NCBI GenBank assembly: GCA_041891055.1
Contig: CP169074.1
Coordinates: forward strand, 1,184,001-1,248,000
Length of the DNA: 64,000 bases
DNA from: Halorutilales archaeon Cl-col2-1
GTDB taxonomy: Archaea; Halobacteriota; Halobacteria; Halobacteriales; Afararchaeaceae
Direction: 5' to 3'
A program made the position numbers and the translations under genes. Each line of letters begins with the position of its first letter. Within the stretch, counting starts at the first letter, position 1. The notes under the pieces are model-generated. The model searched no databases, was not told the origin of the DNA, and saw only the letters and a program-made list of their open reading frames with translations. Positions 8,485 to 18,179 of this stretch are shown in pieces.

Positions 8485-10163
8485 CAGTAATCAGCCCCCA
8501 CTCTGTACTCCCCGAATACGTCTCTGAGTGCGTCGGCTATCTCCCCGACCGTGGCGTACGCCTTAACCGCGTCTATTATGTAAGGCATCAGGTTGTCGTC
8601 TCCCTCGGCGGCGTCCTTGAGTGCTTCGAGTGCCTCGTCTACTGCGTCGTCGTCCCTGTCGTCGCGGAGCTCTTCAACCTTCTGTATCTGTCTCTCCTGC
8701 TGTTTCTCGTCGACTTCATGTATGTCTTCCTCGGGCTCCTCGTCGACTGTGAACTCGTTGACTCCGACGATTATACGTTCGTTCTCCTCTATCTCCTGCT
8801 GACGCTCGTAGGCGGCGTCCTGTATCTCGTCCTGTATCCAGCCTTCCTCTATGCACGAGAGGACACCTCCGCGTTCGTCTATCTCGTCGAAGTAGTCGTA
8901 GACGCGTTCCTCTATCTCGTCAGTGAGACTCTCCACGTAGTACGATCCCGCGAGGGGGTCTATCGTGTCGGCTACACCGCTCTCGTGTCCGAGTATCTGC
9001 TGTGTCCTCAGTGCGGTACGTACCGACTCCTCTGTCGGGAGCGAGAGAGCTTCGTCCTTTCCGTTCGTGTGTAGAGACTGCGTGCCTCCTAAGACTGCGG
9101 CGAGAGCCTGGTACCCGACACGGACGATGTTGTTCTCTATCTGCTGTGCCGTGAGTGTCGAACCCGCAGTCTGTGTGTGGAAACGCAGCATCTTGCTCTT
9201 CGGGTTCTCGGCTCCGAACTCCTCCTCCATGACATCAGCCCAGATACGTCTCGCCGCGCGGAACTTGGCGACCTCCTCGAATATCTCGTTGTGAGCGTTG
9301 AAGAAGAAAGAGAGACGCGGAGCGAACTCGTCGACGTCAAGTCCTGCCTCGACGGCTTCCTCGACGTACTTCTTACCGTCTGCGAGAGTGAAGGCGAGCT
9401 CCTGTACGGCGGTCGCGCCCGCCTCACGTATGTGGTATCCCGAGATAGATATAGTGTTGAAGTTGGGAACCTCGTCAGAACAGAACTCGAATATGTCGGT
9501 GACGATCCTCATCGAGGGCTCGGGGGGATAGACGTAGAGGTTACGTGCGATATACTCCTTGAGTATGTCGTTCTGTATAGTGCCTCTGAGCTCCTCGCGG
9601 TCGACCCCCTGTTTGTCCCCGACCGCGATGTACATAGCGAGCATTATCGACGCGGGGGCATTTATGGTCATGCTCGTCGAGACCTCGTCTAAGGGAATCC
9701 CGTCAAAGAGAGTCTCGAAGTCGGCGAGAGAGTCTATCGCGACTCCCGCCTTTCCGACCTCTCCCTGTGACAGGGGATGGTCGGAGTCACGTCCCATCTG
9801 GCTCGGGAGGTCGAAGGCGACCGAGAGACCCGTCTGACCCTGATCTAAGAGGTAATGGAACCTCTCGTTGGTCTCCTCGGCGGTAGCGAATCCCGAGTAC
9901 TGACGCATAGTCCAGAGACGTCCGCGGTGCATCGTCGAGTATATGCCGCGGGTGTAGGGCTCCTCACCCGGGAAGCCGAGATCCTCGTCGTAGTCGAGAT
10001 CCGAGACATCGTCGGGGGTGTATAGCTGGTCGACCTCTATTCCCGAGTCGGTCGTGAACTCGTCCTCACGCTCCCCGAACCTGTCGAGCGTGGGACCCAA
10101 TGTCTCTTCCTCCCACTCCTGTCTAGACTCTCTTATTTCCTCTAGATCATCCTCGTCGAACAT
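8484..10163 (-). CDS. Methylmalonyl-CoA mutase, substrate-binding (large) subunit
   Basis: [36 protein letters not shown]; no B12-binding domain. Confidence 0.93.
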   Translation of the reverse strand: MFDEDDLEEIRESRQEWEEETLGPTLDRFGEREDEFTTDSGIEVDQLYTPDDVSDLDYDEDLGFPGEEPYTRGIYSTMHRGRLWTMRQYSGFATAEETNERFHYLLDQGQTGLSVAFDLPSQMGRDSDHPLSQGEVGKAGVAIDSLADFETLFDGIPLDEVSTSMTINAPASIMLAMYIAVGDKQGVDREELRGTIQNDILKEYIARNLYVYPPEPSMRIVTDIFEFCSDEVPNFNTISISGYHIREAGATAVQELAFTLADGKKYVEEAVEAGLDVDEFAPRLSFFFNAHNEIFEEVAKFRAARRIWADVMEEEFGAENPKSKMLRFHTQTAGSTLTAQQIENNIVRVGYQALAAVLGGTQSLHTNGKDEALSLPTEESVRTALRTQQILGHESGVADTIDPLAGSYYVESLTDEIEERVYDYFDEIDERGGVLSCIEEGWIQDEIQDAAYERQQEIEENERIIVGVNEFTVDEEPEEDIHEVDEKQQERQIQKVEELRDDRDDDAVDEALEALKDAAEGDDNLMPYIIDAVKAYATVGEIADALRDVFGEYRVGADY

Positions 10164-10207
10164 CTTACCCGACCTAACACTCGAACCGTCTAATGTCTTT
10201 TCTTTGA

Positions 10208-10891
10208 TTATTCAACTTCGACTGCGACCTCATTTTCGACGAGGACGTCGGCGTTAGGCTCGGGGAGTACGACTACGTCTTCCTCCGAGAGGGAGTAGGA
10301 TCTGCCGTCAGTTGCAACGAACTCGGGGAGGTCGTCGAGGAGACGGACAGTCTTGTAGTCGTCATGGTCAGTCTCGAGATCGGCTTCGGAAACAGAGTCG
10401 TCGGTGTGTTGCGTCAGTTCATCGGTCTGAGACGTCTCGGTCTCAGCCTCGTGTTCGGGTTGATACCTGTTATCTCCGTCACGGTCAACGTCTTCTTCGT
10501 CTTCGACATCGAGAGGCGGGCCCTCTTCGAGACGTTCGACGACCTTCGAGTGGTTGTCACGTATGAGACCGACTATAGAGTCGTAGAGCTCACGCTCCTC
10601 GTCGGTCATTCCCGACTCATCGACCGACGTGCCGTTCGCCGACAGAGATGCAAGCTTGACTATCTTTCCGACACGTCTCCTGTATATCGACTCGACAACC
10701 TGACGCGAGGTCTGTACGGCGTCGTTGATCTTCTGAGCCTCGTCGGAGTAAGGGCTGTCGAGACTGTCACGCTCCTCCCTGAGACCATCGATGTACTCTG
10801 CGGCGTCGGAGTAGAACGAGTCGTGGAGGTCACGTAACGAGTCGGTTTCCCTCTCCTTCGACTGTGTGTGTCTGAGGTCGTTGAGATCCAT
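10208..10891 (-). CDS. GINS complex protein (Gins51/GINS15 type)
   Basis: [23 protein letters not shown]-terminal B domain; conserved position after priS. Confidence 0.85.
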   Translation of the reverse strand: MDLNDLRHTQSKERETDSLRDLHDSFYSDAAEYIDGLREERDSLDSPYSDEAQKINDAVQTSRQVVESIYRRRVGKIVKLASLSANGTSVDESGMTDEERELYDSIVGLIRDNHSKVVERLEEGPPLDVEDEEDVDRDGDNRYQPEHEAETETSQTDELTQHTDDSVSEADLETDHDDYKTVRLLDDLPEFVATDGRSYSLSEEDVVVLPEPNADVLVENEVAVEVE

Positions 10892-10908
10892 GGTTATGTC
10901 ATGCTATA

Positions 10909-12060
10909 CTACGCGAGTTCTACGTCCCTGCGAAGTACCGCGAAGACTCCAGCGTACTCTGGGACTTTACTGACTCCCTCTTCTATATTAAAGCTTCTTC
11001 CTCCGACCTCGACGGTCGTCGGCTCGGAAGCCTCGACCTGTATCTGGCTGTCGCTGAAGACTACGGCGTCGGTGAGGGGATCGAAAGACTCTATCTCGTC
11101 GACTGGGACGCGTGTGACCCTGAGACCCGTGCCTCCGTGGAGCGACCCCGGGAGACGTATCAGACGTTTGGTGTCGGTCGTGACGGGCTCGTCAGCCTCG
11201 GCACGTCTCTCGGAGACCGCCTCACGCATCAGTTTCTCCCAGAAGCCCTGTGTTCCGCCGACTACATCGAGGTTACCCCGCGCCAGTTCCTCCCTTCTGT
11301 CGGGATCTCTGAAGACCGAGAGTAGCTTCTCCGCCTTCTTCTGTCCCACACCCTCGAACTCACGGAGACGTTCGACGGCAGTACCGTCCTCGGTCTCGGC
11401 GACTTCGTCGGCGAAGTCGAGGACGTAGTCACGTATACGTCTTCCCCATCCTCCCGACTCAAGCTTCTTGACCCCTGTGGGCGTCCTCCCGAAGTCGCCC
11501 GCCGCAGTCTCGTCGGAGAAGGCGAGTTCGGGGTCGAATCCCATCCCCTGTACATAGTCGACTATCTCGCGCCTCGCCTCGCTTCCGAGTCTCTGAACCT
11601 CGTCGTCGTAGACGTGGACGTGGTAGCCACGCCCTCCCGAGAAGACCGTCTCGACGTCGTCGAAGCCGAAGTCGTCTACTAGGAAGTCTACGAGTCTCAC
11701 GAGTGCCGTCTTACAGTTCGAGAGCATCTCGGAGTACGAGTCGTCGGGCGATGTCTCACGTAGATGGTCGGCGTCGAGGTCGAAGACTAACTGGGCTCCC
11801 TTCCATCCCTTCGCGTTCATCGACGACGCCTCGGGACTCTCGTACCTCGCGCTCGAGAAGTAGACGTGTCGAGGCTTCTGGTCGGCGAGCCACGTCTCGA
11901 GGTCACCCAGGTCGAGGAGAGACCTGTGTCTCACCATGCCTCCCGAGAAGGGTATGAATGCCCACTCACGGTCGTCGGGGCTACGTGGAAGATCGATAGA
12001 CGCACGACGGTAGTAGTCGCCGAAACGTCCCCTCACGTACGACTGGGTGCGGTCGTTCAT
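10909..12060 (-). CDS. priS: DNA primase small (catalytic) subunit
   Basis: LVFDLDAD, FSGGRGYH, DEPVTTDTKRLIRLPGSLHG. Confidence 0.96.
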   Translation of the reverse strand: MNDRTQSYVRGRFGDYYRRASIDLPRSPDDREWAFIPFSGGMVRHRSLLDLGDLETWLADQKPRHVYFSSARYESPEASSMNAKGWKGAQLVFDLDADHLRETSPDDSYSEMLSNCKTALVRLVDFLVDDFGFDDVETVFSGGRGYHVHVYDDEVQRLGSEARREIVDYVQGMGFDPELAFSDETAAGDFGRTPTGVKKLESGGWGRRIRDYVLDFADEVAETEDGTAVERLREFEGVGQKKAEKLLSVFRDPDRREELARGNLDVVGGTQGFWEKLMREAVSERRAEADEPVTTDTKRLIRLPGSLHGGTGLRVTRVPVDEIESFDPLTDAVVFSDSQIQVEASEPTTVEVGGRSFNIEEGVSKVPEYAGVFAVLRRDVELA

Positions 12061-12065
12061 GGCTA

Positions 12066-13673
12066 TTACTCGAAGTCCTTCACCATGTAAGGACCGTCCT
12101 TCTCGTAGTCGAGAGACCTGTAGTACTCGCGTACGCCTATTCCGCTTATGACCGAGAGACGTGAGTAGCCCGCCTCGCGCGACATCTCCTCCGCCCTCTC
12201 GACCAAGTCGGTTCCGAGACCCGAGTGCTGGAATCCGTCGCCCTGTCTTCCGACGCCGACCTCGTCTCCGTAGACGTGTACCTCCCTGACTATCGCGGAG
12301 TCTTCGAGTTCGGAACGGACTGTCTGTCCGGGGAAACGCAGACGCAGGAATCCCGCTAAGAGTCCCGACTCCGACTTGTACTGGAGGAACTTCTCGTCGC
12401 CTCCCGCACAGCCGTACTCGGTCATGTCGAAGCCGAAGTCGAGGTCGTCGGGAGTCTCGTCGTTCATCCCGACCTCTCTACATCTTATGCAGTCACAGTC
12501 GCCTCCGATCTCTTCGAGACGGTGGCGCGCTAACTGGCGGAGGTTGGACTTCCAGACGCCCGCCTCTATGTTGTCGGCGGGTATGTCTCTCTGTACGCGT
12601 GAGAGACGCGTGTACTCGGGAATCATCCTCTTCGCTCGGGCGACTACGTCCGCCGCCTCCTCGTTTCCGAGAGGCTCGAACTCGTCCTGCTGCCACATCT
12701 TGTAGAGACCCGTGTCCTCGACGACGAGAGTGGGGTATATCTTGAGGTAGTCGGGGCGGTACTCGGGGTTGTCGAATATCTCGCGGAAGTCTTCTATGTC
12801 GTCCTCGGGGTCACGTCCCGGGAGCCCGGGCATCATGTGGAAGCCGACCTTGAAGCCGGCGTCGTGTAGACGTCTGTTCGCCTCGCGCGTCTCGGCGTCG
12901 TCGTGCCCCCTGTGTGTGAGACGCAGTGTCTCGTCGTCTGTGGTCTGGACTCCCATCTCGACTTTTGTCCCTCCGAGACGTAACATGTGGTCGATCTGTT
13001 CCTTGCCGCACCAGTCGGGTTTTGTCTCGAAGGTCGTGCCTATGTTACGTACGTCGGCGGTCTCGTTTCTCGTCTCGACCTCCTCGAAAGGCTTCCAGTC
13101 GTTGTCCTCGCCCTCCGATGTGCCGAAGGTATTCATGGCTTCGAGACATCTTCTCACGAACCACTCCTGGTAGTCAAGTGACCGCGACGTGAGAGTCCCG
13201 CCCATAAGTATGAGTTCGACCTTGTCGACGAGATGTCCCGTCTCCCTCAGGTCGCTCAGACGTTGTGTGACCTGGTCGTAGGGATCGTAGTCGTTGTGTT
13301 TGCCCCTCATCGCCGCGGGCTCCTCCCCCGTGTACGACATAGGCGACTCGAACTCCGAGTCTGGTCCTCCGGGGCAGTAGACACATTTCCCGTGAGGGCA
13401 CGGAGCCGGCGAGGTCATCACCGCCACGGGTGTGACACCGCTCGCAGTCCTCACAGGGGTCGTCTGGAGAACAGACTCGGCTTCGTCGCGTTCTTCGTCG
13501 GGGACTGCTTCGAGTATGTCGGAGTTCTTCGGAACCTTCTCTGCACCGTGTTTTCCGCAGACGGAGTTCTTGACGGATTCGAGCTCGTCACGGTCGACCT
13601 CCCCCGAGACTACGAGGTCGGCGAGCTCTCTCTTGACCCTCTCGAAGGCGTCGGAGTCAGCGTCGGTACTCAT
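12066..13673 (-). CDS. elp3: Elp3 radical SAM/GNAT tRNA U34 modification enzyme
   Basis: CPHGKCVYCPGG, LKIYPTLV, CIRCRE, QHSGLG, ISGIGVREYY. Confidence 0.96.
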   Translation of the reverse strand: MSTDADSDAFERVKRELADLVVSGEVDRDELESVKNSVCGKHGAEKVPKNSDILEAVPDEERDEAESVLQTTPVRTASGVTPVAVMTSPAPCPHGKCVYCPGGPDSEFESPMSYTGEEPAAMRGKHNDYDPYDQVTQRLSDLRETGHLVDKVELILMGGTLTSRSLDYQEWFVRRCLEAMNTFGTSEGEDNDWKPFEEVETRNETADVRNIGTTFETKPDWCGKEQIDHMLRLGGTKVEMGVQTTDDETLRLTHRGHDDAETREANRRLHDAGFKVGFHMMPGLPGRDPEDDIEDFREIFDNPEYRPDYLKIYPTLVVEDTGLYKMWQQDEFEPLGNEEAADVVARAKRMIPEYTRLSRVQRDIPADNIEAGVWKSNLRQLARHRLEEIGGDCDCIRCREVGMNDETPDDLDFGFDMTEYGCAGGDEKFLQYKSESGLLAGFLRLRFPGQTVRSELEDSAIVREVHVYGDEVGVGRQGDGFQHSGLGTDLVERAEEMSREAGYSRLSVISGIGVREYYRSLDYEKDGPYMVKDFE

Positions 13674-13950
13674 TTGTAGTAGGTTGTCCCTCGACGGGAT
13701 TATACTTGGTGGTTGGGTCAGTGTGCTGGATTATACTTCTCCAGAGGTGTTGGAGATACGCACAATAGCCTTATACTGTTGGACAGTAACAAGAGTCGAT
13801 ATCGGAGGGGCGGGATGGCGTGGTACAGATCCTGGACGTCGGTGAACGTTTCCCCGAGAGTGGTTCCGACGAAGTCTCTGGAGGGAGACGAGTCAGACTT
13901 TCGCCGTCGTTAGATACCTATGTCCTGACCGAAGGATTTGGGTACTGAGA

Positions 13951-14526
13951 GTGTCGAATACAGGAAACAGAAGAATGTTTGATCCCTACGATCCGACCGA
14001 TGAGTTTACTAGCGACGGTGGTGATGACAGAATAACTGAAGTCACCGTCGATGTCGACGGAGTAGTAGTAGCGAACATGGACGAGTTCAAGATGTCGACT
14101 GAGCCGGATTCAGACGTCGACTACGAAGACCCACATTCGTACACCCATCTTGGCACTCGGAGAAAGATCAAACTCGGAAGAGGAGACAGAGAAGACCTCA
14201 GCAGAATCATCGATGACTTCCCTACTGACGAGCCACTCGTCGTCCAGTCAGCCCTATGGATGCACGCAATAGCTGGCGTCCATTTCTTCCCCGACGCGAA
14301 CCACCGTACAGCGATGAAGACATTGAGAGCTATGATGGACGATAATGGAACTGAGCCGTTCAAGCCGTTCGGTGATTTTGAGAGGAGGACTTACACTGCC
14401 CTTGATGCGTCAAAGAAAGTCCGTAGAAACCTGAATATCGATATGGGTAACTACTATGAAAAAGACGACTTGTACGAGGTATGGCGTCGTTACTTTGACG
14501 ACGTGTTATATCCGTCAGGAAGATAA
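13951..14526 (+). CDS. Fic/Doc family protein
   Basis: HFFPDANHRTA matches the Doc-type HxFx(D/N)ANxR motif; alternative ATG at 13975. Confidence 0.8.
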   Translation: MSNTGNRRMFDPYDPTDEFTSDGGDDRITEVTVDVDGVVVANMDEFKMSTEPDSDVDYEDPHSYTHLGTRRKIKLGRGDREDLSRIIDDFPTDEPLVVQSALWMHAIAGVHFFPDANHRTAMKTLRAMMDDNGTEPFKPFGDFERRTYTALDASKKVRRNLNIDMGNYYEKDDLYEVWRRYFDDVLYPSGR

Positions 14527-14654
14527 TCGTACTCGTCGTGATCTAACTCCTCGTCTGTATTACCCGCAAGTGCCTGATAGAGTTCGGCATTCTCCTCCCT
14601 GTCTCGCCTCATTTTCTCTATGAAGGACTCGTCTTCCTGATTAACTGTACTCAT
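14490..14654 (-). CDS. 54-aa acidic protein, candidate antitoxin (not in the ORF track)
   Basis: Hand translation: MSTVNQEDESFIEKMRRDREENAELYQALAGNTDEELDHDEYDYLPDGYNTSSK*; TATA-like CTTATAC about 27 nt upstream. Confidence 0.6.
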   Translation of the reverse strand: MSTVNQEDESFIEKMRRDREENAELYQALAGNTDEELDHDEYDYLPDGYNTSSK

Positions 14655-14701
14655 CTTAGAGGACTATACGAGTAGGTCATGTATAAGTCCTGTGTCGAAA
14701 G

Positions 14702-14941
14702 ATGAAACGCTCTCTCTACAGCTGGACTTTCCGTAAGCTCCGGTCTATGATTGAGTACAAGGCTGAGGAAGAGGGGATTCCTACCGAAGATGTCGAGCCC
14801 AGTCTAACATCTCAGACATGTAATGAATGTGGCAGTCATGACACACGGCGAGACGGCATACATTTCGCGTGTCACGACTGCGGATACAGTGTCAACGCGG
14901 ATGTGAATGGGGCTTTCAACATAGCCCTCAGAAAGTCTTAA
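14702..14941 (+). pseudogene. tnpB: IS200/IS605 tnpB C-terminal fragment
   Basis: LRSMIEYKAEEEGIP...TSQTCNECG...FACHDCGYSVNADVNGAFNI (zinc ribbon + RuvC-III); in-frame stop five codons upstream, N-terminal ~300 aa absent. Confidence 0.88.
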
Positions 14942-14982
14942 TGGAAGAGTTAAGTGGCACCGAAGCGCAGTAAGAAGAAAGA

Positions 14983-15837
14983 ATGAGAAGAGGCGAGGCA
15001 GAGGCACCCGGCGCTGCGACGGTTATAAATGCGATAGCTACTCTCAAGGGTAGTGCCTTCGCCGTCGACCTCTACACGTCGGCGGAAGTCGTAGTCGGCG
15101 GAGACGGAGGTGTCACGGGGGAGATAGAAGACAAACCTGACGCCGATACGTCCCTGATAGAGAGATGCGCCGAACTCGTGCTCGAACGGTTCGACGTCGA
15201 CGACGGAGCACACGTCACGACTTCGAGCGATGTGCCTATGGCGAGCGGTCTCAAGTCGAGTAGCGCGGCGGCGAACGCGACAGTCTTAGCGACACTCGAC
15301 GCCATCGGAGAGTCGGAGGGATTCGACAGGAGGGAGGCGACACGTATAGGGGTCGAGGCGGCGAGGGACGCCGGAGTCACGATCACAGGGGCGATAGACG
15401 ACGCCGCCGCCTCTATGCTCGGAGGAGTCGTCCTCACTGACAACTCAGAGGACGAGATAATCAGGCGTGAGGAGGCAAACTGGGACGTCGCAGTCTATGT
15501 CCCCGACGAGACCGCGAAGAGTGCCGACACAGACGTCGAGAGGTCACGTCTCGTGGGGTCGGTCGTCGACAGAGCTTTCGAGGTAGCGAGGGACGGAGAG
15601 TACGCCGATGCGATGACGATAAACGGACTCGCCTACTCGGCGGCTCTCGGATTCGATCCTTCGGTTGCTGTCGACGCCCTCGAACACGTCGACGGCGCGG
15701 GTCTGAGCGGCACAGGTCCATCGTACGCTGCGATAGGAGACAGACAAGACATAAAGGAGGTAGTTAAAGAGTGGGAGAAACACCCGGGAACGGTTCTGGA
15801 AGTCGAGACCGACAACGACGGAGCGAGGGTAGTCTAG
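14983..15837 (+). CDS. aroK: Archaeal shikimate kinase (GHMP family)
   Basis: PMASGLKSSSAAANA, ITGAIDDA, GLSGTGPS. Confidence 0.95.
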   Translation: MRRGEAEAPGAATVINAIATLKGSAFAVDLYTSAEVVVGGDGGVTGEIEDKPDADTSLIERCAELVLERFDVDDGAHVTTSSDVPMASGLKSSSAAANATVLATLDAIGESEGFDRREATRIGVEAARDAGVTITGAIDDAAASMLGGVVLTDNSEDEIIRREEANWDVAVYVPDETAKSADTDVERSRLVGSVVDRAFEVARDGEYADAMTINGLAYSAALGFDPSVAVDALEHVDGAGLSGTGPSYAAIGDRQDIKEVVKEWEKHPGTVLEVETDNDGARVV

Positions 15838-16118
15838 ACCTCGACAGTCTCCGTGAGGAGATAGAGGCAGTCGACGAGGAGATAGTCGAGACTGTAGCGC
15901 GCAGAACCTACATCGCCGAGAGCATTGCCGAGGTCAAGATGCAGGAGGGGAGGGAGATAAACGACCCCGAGCGTGAGGAGGTCGTCTACGACAGGGTCGC
16001 CGAGAAGGCGGAGGCACTCGGAATCGACCCCGAGAGGACGTGTGAGATATTCGAGATCCTCATAGAGATGAGCAAGGAGAAACAGAGAAGTCACGCCGAC
16101 ACAGAGGCGTCGGAGTAG
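15771..16118 (+). CDS. Chorismate mutase (AroQ type)
   Basis: LDSLREEIEAVDEEIVETVARR...DPEREEVV; GTG start preceded by GGAGGT; start uncertain. Confidence 0.88.
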   Translation: MGETPGNGSGSRDRQRRSEGSLDLDSLREEIEAVDEEIVETVARRTYIAESIAEVKMQEGREINDPEREEVVYDRVAEKAEALGIDPERTCEIFEILIEMSKEKQRSHADTEASE

Positions 16119-16149
16119 ACGACGAAGGAAAAGACAGGACACAGACTGC

Positions 16150-17184
16150 ATGGCAAGACAGACACGTCTGCGTTTTCTGGTCGGCTTCGGTGTCGCCGCA
16201 GTAATAATTTTCCTCTTCGTCTACGCGATAGGCTGGGACGAGGTAGTCTCAACCCTCTCGAAGACCGACCTGGGTGTGTTCTCGCTCGGCTTGGTCTCGT
16301 CATTCGTCTGTCTCGTGGCGTGGAGTGCGGTCTGGAACCGCGTCCTCTCTGTCATAGACCACGCCCTGTCCCGCGGACGTATCACTCTAATCTTCCTGAG
16401 TGCGATGTTCGCCAACTACGTCACTCCGCTCGGACAGGTCGGCGGCGAGCCCTTCATCGCCTACGTCCTCTCGAAGTCGTCCGACATAGACTACGAGCAC
16501 AGCTTAGCCGCGGTCATGACATCTGACTTCCTCAACCTGATTCCCTTCTTCTCGTACGCAGTCGTCGGCTTCTCCTACTTCGTCACGAGGAGATCGTTCA
16601 ACTCCGACGTCCGGAACTACGCCGCGGTCTTCGTCGTAGTAGCCGCCGTCGCCGTCTCCGCCGCCCTCTTCATATGGCACAGACGCGACTTAGTCGAGTC
16701 GTTTGTTCTGAGAGTCGCAGGATTTCTGCGTAAGACTGTCGGGAAACTGTCGTCGAACCTCCGAACCGCTCTCAGAGAAGAGGACGTAAAGGAGCGGATA
16801 GACGGCTTCTTCGAGACACTCGACCTCTTCTCTGAGAACAGACGTGAGATGGCGACCGCAGTCGTCTTCTCGCACATAGGCTGGTTCTTCTTCATACTCC
16901 CTCTCTACACGAGCTTTCTGTCGCTCGGCTACGATGTACCTCTCGGGACGACTCTCCTCATAATACCGGTGAGCGGACTCGCGGGCTTCATTCCACTCCC
17001 CGGTGGACTCGGGGGTGTCGAGATTGCGATCGCCGTCACGATATTCAGCCTCACGGGTCTCAGCCTACCCGCGGCATCGGCGGCGGCACTACTCTACCGC
17101 CTGTGTGTCTACTGGTTTACCATACTCGTGGGAGGCATAAGCTCGATGTACCTAAGCGTCGACCTGCGTAGGATAGAGACTTAG
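16150..17184 (+). CDS. Lysylphosphatidylglycerol synthase TM-domain / UPF0104 flippase-like membrane protein
   Basis: FANYVTPLGQVGGEP, PLPGGLGGVE, LLYR motifs. Confidence 0.88.
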   Translation: MARQTRLRFLVGFGVAAVIIFLFVYAIGWDEVVSTLSKTDLGVFSLGLVSSFVCLVAWSAVWNRVLSVIDHALSRGRITLIFLSAMFANYVTPLGQVGGEPFIAYVLSKSSDIDYEHSLAAVMTSDFLNLIPFFSYAVVGFSYFVTRRSFNSDVRNYAAVFVVVAAVAVSAALFIWHRRDLVESFVLRVAGFLRKTVGKLSSNLRTALREEDVKERIDGFFETLDLFSENRREMATAVVFSHIGWFFFILPLYTSFLSLGYDVPLGTTLLIIPVSGLAGFIPLPGGLGGVEIAIAVTIFSLTGLSLPAASAAALLYRLCVYWFTILVGGISSMYLSVDLRRIET

Positions 17185-17185
17185 C

Positions 17186-18175
17186 TCAGAGTAGGGAGTC
17201 GTAGACATCTATCAGACTCTCACCCACGTTTTCGAGCGAGTGCTTCTCGGCTTCGCGTCTCGCGTTCTTCCCCATCCCGTTCCTGAGTTCGTCGTCTCTC
17301 ATGCGTTCTATCGCCTCCTCGTACTCGTCTATATTCTCGCCCTTGAAGCAGTTCTCGCCGTCGGTTAGGAACTCGTCGAATACGGGGAGGTCGCTCACGA
17401 CTACGCCCTTCTCACACGCCATGGCTTCTAAGACTGCGATTCCCTGGTTCTCCTCCTTAGTCGGGAAGAGGAAGACGTCGCCCGCTCCGAAGCCGCCGCG
17501 TATGTCCTCGATAAATCCGGTGAACTCGACGTTATCGGGTGGGTTCTCTATCCATCTCTTAGTCTGCTTCGAGCCGAGTGGGTTGTCCATTACGGGACCG
17601 AACCAGATGAAGTCTGTCTCGGGCATACGTTGTGCGAGCTTACAGAAGGTCGAGAGCCCCTTCCTCTCGAAGACGTGTCCGACTGCGAATACGACTGTTC
17701 CGTCGAGGTCGTACTTCTCACGGTACTCTTCCCTGAGTTCCTCGTGTCCCTCAAGCGACTCGATGTCGACGCCGTTAGAGACCGCCCGTACAGGAGGCTC
17801 AATGCCGTAGCCTTCTACGACACCTTTCGTGTAGTCGCTCGGGACGATCACTGCGTCAGCCCGGGAGTAGAAGAAGCTGAGATAACGTCGGAGAGCGGGA
17901 GCGAGTAAGTTACTCCCACGGAAAGAGTCACGGAAGTCCTTCGCGGTCGTGTGGGCGTGGACGACAGCCGGCTTTCCGTTCGTCTGTGCCTTCTTGAGAT
18001 GGTAGAGGCTCTTTGGACCCACCGTATTGATATCGATCACGTCGTAGTCGTCGGAGGGGTCGTCGGTGACCTCGATACAGTTCTTCCTAAGAGCCTTCCT
18101 CTGTTGACGAGCCGAGGTTCCTATGCCGCTCTTAGAGACCTGGGACTCCCACTCGACGTAGACACATACCTTCAT
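17186..18175 (-). CDS. Glycosyltransferase family 4
   Basis: VSNGVD, ERKG, ENQGIAVLEAMA; start at Met31 of the ORF. Confidence 0.92.
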   Translation of the reverse strand: MKVCVYVEWESQVSKSGIGTSARQQRKALRKNCIEVTDDPSDDYDVIDINTVGPKSLYHLKKAQTNGKPAVVHAHTTAKDFRDSFRGSNLLAPALRRYLSFFYSRADAVIVPSDYTKGVVEGYGIEPPVRAVSNGVDIESLEGHEELREEYREKYDLDGTVVFAVGHVFERKGLSTFCKLAQRMPETDFIWFGPVMDNPLGSKQTKRWIENPPDNVEFTGFIEDIRGGFGAGDVFLFPTKEENQGIAVLEAMACEKGVVVSDLPVFDEFLTDGENCFKGENIDEYEEAIERMRDDELRNGMGKNARREAEKHSLENVGESLIDVYDSLL

Positions 18176-18179
18176 TCTA

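Noticed and set aside
10909-13673. Possible inteins in priS or elp3
   Set aside because: Lengths are normal and no intein terminal or LAGLIDADG motifs are visible.
13690-13950. Short ORFs (e.g. 13713-13913) and the GGATTATACTT direct repeat upstream of elp3
   Set aside because: No recognisable protein motif; the repeat may just be promoter sequence, and I cannot support a function.
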